Source: Octopus sinensis
Taxonomy: Eukaryota
Assembly (NCBI RefSeq): GCF_006345805.1
Contig: NW_021832233.1
Coordinates: 1-62,198, forward strand
DNA: 62,198 nucleotides
Direction: 5' to 3'
A program made the position numbers and the translations under genes. Positions 56,879-62,198 of this stretch are shown one piece after another. The notes below the pieces were generated by a model that was given only the letters and a program-made list of their open reading frames with translations, was not told where the DNA came from and did not search any database. Numbering within the stretch: the stretch's first letter is position 1; every line of letters starts with the position of its first letter.

Positions 56879-57501
56879 ATTATTATTATTATAATTATTA
56901 TTATTGTAATACTTGTTATTATTGCTATTATCATTATTATTATTTTGTAAATTGTTGATTGATGTTACTCTTGAGACTGTTGTTATTATTGTTGCTTTTG
57001 TTGTGGAGAACGTACTCGGAAAGATGGCGGCGATGGACTTGCTGCTCGAAATTGTTGAAGCAATAGTGGCAGTAGGAGCAGCAGCAGCAGCAACAACAGT
57101 TACAGCAGAAAATGCTGTTATTATGTTTGTTGTGATGGTGGTTTTCTTTGATATAAGTTATTATTGTTGCAAATAAATTTCTGCCTTCCTTCTGATGTTA
57201 TTGTTGATTTTAATAATTGAAAATAATAACAAAAAAAAGTAAAGCAAAATGTAATAAAGGTATATAACAAAAACAAAATGAATAAAAATTATAAATGAAA
57301 TACATTGAGCTAAATCCGGAAACAACTGGAAAGTCTAGAACAAATAAACACAAAGAAAACTTGAAACAAAAACAACATCAGACAGACACAAATAATGTGA
57401 AAGAAAACGAGAGAAAATGGCGAAAGAAATATTGGGTTTCTGAGAAATTAATATCAATAACTTATATTTGACTCTCACCTACATCCCTTCCTACCCTGCG
57501 T

Positions 57502-57884
<383 letters not shown>

Positions 57885-58095
57885 GGTAGAGGCGCATGGC
57901 TATGGGTTAGGGCACGGACTCGCGTCGCAGGATCGCGGTTTTCGATTCTCAGACTGGGCGTTGTGTGTGTTTATTGAGCGAAACCACCTAAAAGCTCTAC
58001 GAGGCTCCGGCAGGGGGTGGTGATCCCTGCTGTACTCTTTCACCACAATGGCGGTGCCCCAGCATGGCCACAGCTCAAGAGCTGAAACTGGAAGA
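57885..58095 (+). mobile_element. Truncated family-3 SINE joined to a family-2-type tail
   Basis: Family-3 head through ctctttcaccacaa, then ggcggtgccccagcatggccacagc. Confidence 0.75.
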
Positions 58096-58746
58096 ACAAG
58101 AAACAAAAAAAAAAATATATACATACATATATATATATATATATACATATATATATACATATATATACATATATATACATATATATAAATGTATATATAT
58201 ATATATATGTATAAATATATGTATATATTTGTATGTGTTATATTTATGAATATGTTATACATAAACATACACATACACACACACAAGCACGTGTATATAC
58301 AGGGGGAGTAAGAGGGACTGGGGAGAGAATGTATGTGGGGATGTGTGTGTGCATGCGAAAAAGTACGTGTATGTGTTATATAGGTGCGTGCGAGAACGAA
58401 TGTGTATGCGTGTATATATATTCGTATGAATATATTCATTAGAATTATTATTATTGTTGTTGATGCTGTGGTTATTATTATTATTATGTGACACACTACC
58501 CTTCTCTAGATATTTGGATACAGTTTAGTTCATGGTATATATGTATATATATATGTTTGTGTGTGTGTGTATGTGTGTGTATGTGTGTATGTGTGTGTGC
58601 CTGTCTATCAGTGTATGCTTGTGCGCATACATATGTGCTTATTTACATACATGCGCACACACACACCGCATACACACACACATATATGTATACATATATA
58701 TGTGCATATATATAGATATATATTGCGTAACATATATATATATATA

Positions 58747-58806
<60 letters not shown>

Positions 58807-58865
58807 CTAAACTTATTTATCATGCATATATGTTTCTGTCTCTTTTCTCCTCATTATTCATCTCC

Positions 58866-58896
<31 letters not shown>

Positions 58897-59745
58897 CCTG
58901 GTGTGTCTATATATCGGTCTTTGAAGCTATATAAGCTTCTCGTTTCTTTCATTTTCAATTTTATTTAGTTTACTATTCATCAATATTCCTCATGGATCGC
59001 TTAAACTCGTTCTGTGCATAAGCGAGTACACAGTTATAGATTCTAGTTCGGAGTATAAGCATGAATTGTATATATATATTTATATATATATATATATAAA
59101 TGGAACAAAAATGCAATAGAGGGTATTAAAAGTTTCGGACGGATGGACGATACAAAGGCGGACAAGAGAAACAACAATTGGAAAGACATGCGAAAAGAGA
59201 AAAAAACGGAGAACACGGTACACAATTCCGAACACGAACCAAAGATAACAACAGGCATCTTTCATTTGGGAACGAATCAAATTGAGCTGGCGTGTATGAA
59301 CTGAAAGCCTAAAGGCAGGAACATAGGAGATGGACATAAGAGGTTTTGACGGCTGGCAGTCAGGCTAAGAAAGAAAGATCATGGCTGGCCGGACATTGGC
59401 CACGTGGAAGGAGGAGAGATGGGTAATGGACAGCGGGAGTGAATGATTAGAGAAAAAAATTAGAGACAAAGAGAAAGGTACAGGGTAGATAAACGAGTGG
59501 GAAATAGTGGGAGTTAAAGAAAGAGAGGGCCAAGAAATCTGAGAATATTATTCGAGTGAGTTTAAATTGATTCCGTCAACCCTTCACCATTTCTGCTGTG
59601 TCCCTCCTTCACTTGATTCTCTAAGCACTTGCTTATTACGCTTAATATTTAACCCAGCGCTGTACACACCTCAACATGCATTAATGAGTAACCACATTCT
59701 CACAAAAGAAACTATCTTGGCAATGCTTAGATACAGAGTGTTAAC

Positions 59746-60240
59746 GGTGGAGGCGAAATGGCCCAGTGGTTGGGGCAGCGGACTCGCATTCGATTCCCAG
59801 ACCGGGTATTGTGAGTGTTTTTTGAACGAAAACAACTAAAGCTCCACGAGGCTCCGGCAGTGGGTGGTGGTGAACCCTTCTATACTCTTTCACCAGAACT
59901 ATCTCTCGCTCTTTCTTCCTGTTTCTGTTGTACCTGCATTTAAAAGGGCCAGCCTTGTCACACTTTGTGTCATGCTGAATCTCCCCGAGAACTACGTTAA
60001 GGGTACATTTGTCTGTGGAGTGCTCAGCCACTTGCACGTTCATAAATGAGCTGCGACGTTACTGGTAGCCAAGCTGTATCGGCCTTTGCCTTTCCCTTGG
60101 ATAACATCGATGGCATGGAGAGGAGAGGCTGGTATGCGTGGGCGACTGCTGCCTTCCATAAACAACCTTGCCCAGACTTGTGCCTCGGAGGGTAACTTTC
60201 TAGGTGCAATCTCATGGTCATTCATGTCCGAAGCGGGGTT
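59746..60240 (+). mobile_element. Family-3 SINE fused to the 3' half of family 4
   Basis: Family 3 through gccacttgcacgttc, then ataaatgagctgcgacgttactgg..cttgtgcctcggagggtaactttc. Confidence 0.82.
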
Positions 60241-60629
60241 CACAGCAACAACACATCACAAGTGTTAACGAGTAATTAGGATGCAGCATGTTGTATTCGA
60301 AAGAGATAACCCAATACTTTCTTAGGGTAAAGATTATTATTGGAATTCGACTTTTCGATAATTTAATATAACCAGCTGTTTCATCCCACCATGGCTAGCG
60401 TCGTCAGTCTGTATATTAGATAGGCAGTCGCACATGGAAACAAGTTTTAATCAAGAAGACACATAGGTAGGGAGTGGCCGAGATAGGTAGATACTTAGAT
60501 AGATAAGAATAAGCATAAATAGCAAATAAATAGGCAGACAGACATCTAACTAAATAGATAGATATAAATATGCACAGAGATCGATCAATCGATAGATACA
60601 TAGACATATTGGTAGACAGACAAACAGAC

Positions 60630-60665
<36 letters not shown>

Positions 60666-60737
60666 ATGTATATATGTATATATATGTATATATATATATG
60701 TATATACATATATATATATATATATATATTATATATA

Positions 60738-60769
<32 letters not shown>

Positions 60770-60831
60770 GACAGAAAGAGAGAGAGAGATAGACAGACAG
60801 ACAGACAATAGATAGATAGATAGATAGATTA

Positions 60832-60878
<47 letters not shown>

Positions 60879-61309
60879 TGGAAGTTGTCTGATATCTGAC
60901 CAGCATTCTCCCACTCATGTCTGAATCCAAATTATCTTTGAAGATCAAAGTATAAGCGTGTCAGATAAACATTGAATGTCTTTTGAACATTATATATATT
61001 GGGTGTGTCGTCTCTAAAATATTATGAATTAAAATAAATGTTCTCACGCATAGAAATGTGTGAGTGTGTGTGTATCACTTTGGGCGTAGGCGAGCGTGGA
61101 AGTATACATACATGTGTATGGAGAACAAACGCATAACCTTCAAATACACAACCACTAAATACACACCTATACAGACTTGCTAAATATTATCTTCTCTCCC
61201 CTCTGCCTCCGCCGCCGCCGCCACCAGCACAACCAGTACCACCACCAGCACCACCACATTAATCTATAAACGACATCAGTATATTGGTTTCAAATTGTGG
61301 TTCTAAGTC

Positions 61310-61672
61310 AGTAAGTTCTGGATAGGGAGATAGCCTAATAAATGGAGCCCAGTACCCAGCTGGTACTTATTTTATCGACCCTGAAAGGATGAAAGGCAGA
61401 ATCGTCTTAGGTGGCGTTTGAAATCGAAACGTAAGAACGTACGCAATGCCGCTCAGCATTTTGCCCGACGTGCTAACGATTCTACCAGCTCCCCACCCTA
61501 TTGACATCAGTATACTCTTTTTTACTCTAGGCACAAGGCCGAAATTTTAGGGGAGGGTCCAGTCGATTAGATCGACCCTTTACTCAACTAGTACTTAATT
61601 TATCGACATTGAAAGGATGAACGGCAAAGTCGACCTCGGTGGAATTTAAACTCAGAATGTAAAGACAGACAA
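61310..61672 (-). mobile_element. Two family-1 SINE copies
   Basis: Cores at 61360-61430 and 61560-61660. Confidence 0.85.
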
Positions 61673-61719
61673 AATGACATCAATATATTGTGAAATATAC
61701 ATAAAGCTTGATTTATGCT

Positions 61720-62014
61720 CACATGTAACACACGTTCTTGGATTAACTTCTAGCTGTTTTGCAATATCAGAAGCCTTCAAACAGGGTTCGTTTTCCCCAA
61801 TTCTCTTCAAACAGCGAAGCTTCCTTTCCGAGGTTCCAGTTCGGCCGGGATGAGAATCTGTTGATTCTTTTCCTTGGCTTTTGAATTGCACCATAATTCT
61901 ATTAACAGTAGCAAGAGGAATTTGAACATTTTCGGCATTTTCAGCTTCAGACTGGCCAACAATACGAATTCTTTCAAAATCTGACAGTTCTGCTGAATTT
62001 TTTGTGCGTGGCAT
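61720..62014 (-). mobile_element. Tc1-like transposase N-terminal fragment
   Basis: MPRTKNSAELSDFERIRIVG..TVNRIMVQFK..HPGR..SERKLRCLKRI..ASDIAKQL, a paired-like HTH typical of Tc1; truncated by a SINE; the left end of the element may lie beyond the window. Confidence 0.72.
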
Positions 62015-62198
62015 GATTACTCTTCGCAAATATTTAATATAAAGGCACCTGGAATGAAAAAGAACAATTAAATTATAAACTCTACACCGCTGAAATCATA
62101 TTAAGACGCTTAGATCAGAAATTTTGAAAATTAAAGGTGTCTGTTTACTTCCTGCATGTCTATGTATATCATGCTACAAAGGTGGACTGCTGGCCGAA

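Overview
Repeat-saturated, AT-rich eukaryotic DNA. The tRNA-derived SINE families and the extreme TA/TG/ATT/CATA microsatellite load look like an Octopus genome (inference from repeat recognition, not a database result). Almost all ORFs in the supplied track are translations of microsatellites or transposon debris. Supportable content: four tRNA-headed SINE families (about 40 copies or fragments), two near full-length dead mariner elements, further Tc1/mariner derivatives (two of them fold-backs), R4/Dong-like non-LTR fragments in TAA tracts, a second RLE-type LINE ending in (CATA)n, and RTE LINE fragments with C2H2 zinc fingers. No recognisable host gene, tRNA or rRNA was found. Best leads: (1) three plus-strand exon candidates (8374-8540, 18432-18496, 19558-19612) that splice in phase into a small 6-Cys ORF ending in CTC, a weak cystine-knot/IL-17-like pattern; (2) a tandem pair of zero-spacer 233-bp palindromes at 20651-21293 whose single indel switches arms between copies; (3) an RTE 3' end with three tandem C2H2 fingers; (4) a recurrent SINE tail-to-body junction that builds head-to-tail multimers. 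None is demonstrated novel; each needs the checks listed.
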